Source: Psilocybe cubensis
Lineage: Eukaryota
Assembly (NCBI GenBank): GCA_017499595.2
Contig: CM039010.1
Span: 2,108,001 to 2,172,000 of the forward strand
Direction of reading: 5' to 3'
DNA length: 64,000 bases
Positions 63,213-64,000 of this stretch are shown piece by piece. The stretch's first letter is position 1, and every line of letters begins with the position of its first letter. Made by a program: the position numbers and the translations under genes. Under the pieces are notes generated by a model, which made no database searches, was not told where the DNA came from, and saw nothing but the letters and a program-made list of their open reading frames with translations.

Positions 63213-64000
63213 TAGATGATGGGTGAGATTTTGGGTGACTTTTAATGTTTTTTTTTGCGGAGGGTCGGTGGAGTGGAAGGTGGAGGTTGAGGTTGGGTGG
63301 ATGTTTTCTCAAGACTCAGTTTCGTTCGTTTCTGTGTTCGTGTTCGTTTTCTTCTTTTTTGTTCATGTTCGTGGTCGTTTCGCATGTGGATCAGGTTTTT
63401 TTTTGTATTGTATTATATTACACTACTCACTCATCATCATCATCGTCGTCGTCATTGTCTTCACATTGTCATTAAACGTTATGGTAGATTGGTTGGTTGA
63501 TTTATTTATTCTTTAATACACTGTTTTTTTTTTGCGGTAGCGATAGCGATACAATTGTACTCATTTCTCAGTGCAATTCAACATTATCTTCAACTCCACT
63601 GTGGCGCTGCTATAGATTAGTTTTATTCAAGTTATGCTTCATGTAAAAGCTGTAAATATCAGTTCTCGATATACAGTTCGGCATAATAAGTAAATGCAGT
63701 CTGAACCTGAAAGTCTCCCTCCATCTGGGATGATCCCGCACAATCCACATCCAGGCACTCGCGAACTTTTCACAAAACCTCCAGGTTCTCCAGTCTCCAG
63801 TCTCCAGAGACTTGGTAGCGACTTGATTCCGGCTTGGACGTAGGAAATTAGGAACACGTCCTTTTCTCGGCGAACGAGCGTCTATTTCCATACAGCGGCG
63901 AGGGTGAGCGCTCGCCGCTCGGAGGTGTTTTACGTTAACAACAGGTTATGTTATATTACGACATTCAAAATTTCAATAGGGCATGTACCCCCTTTAGGTT

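Overview
Intron-rich fungal genomic DNA, most likely an Agaricomycete basidiomycete (inferred from gene families and ~50-nt introns). The dominant feature is a head-to-tail array of three near-identical 6,377-6,378-bp Crypton-type (tyrosine-recombinase, YR) DNA transposons at 11917-31054, with the 5-bp core GTTCT at all four junctions. Manual splicing gives a YR with the full R/K/HxxR/W/Y catalytic set plus a GCR1_C-like C-terminal domain. Copy 1 has HxxR mutated to YxxR, copy 2 has a nonsense codon, and only copy 3 looks intact. Each unit also has a 2.2-kb cargo arm that is homologous to the host DNA just upstream and contains cryptic spliced ORFs. A complete Ngaro-type DIRS retrotransposon (48228-54773, minus strand, split direct repeats A-ORFs-B-A-B) carries predicted spliceosomal introns in both RT and YR. 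There is also a non-autonomous element with ~460-bp TIRs (42457-44715). Host genes: two DUF6534-like and one DUF6533-like membrane proteins, an MFS monocarboxylate transporter, a multi-TM protein, an Eht1/Eeb1-like hydrolase, a SET-domain gene with a decayed paralogue, AP-1 mu subunit and a PQ-loop protein. All family calls come from motif recognition by eye, not database searches, and exon boundaries are manual predictions.
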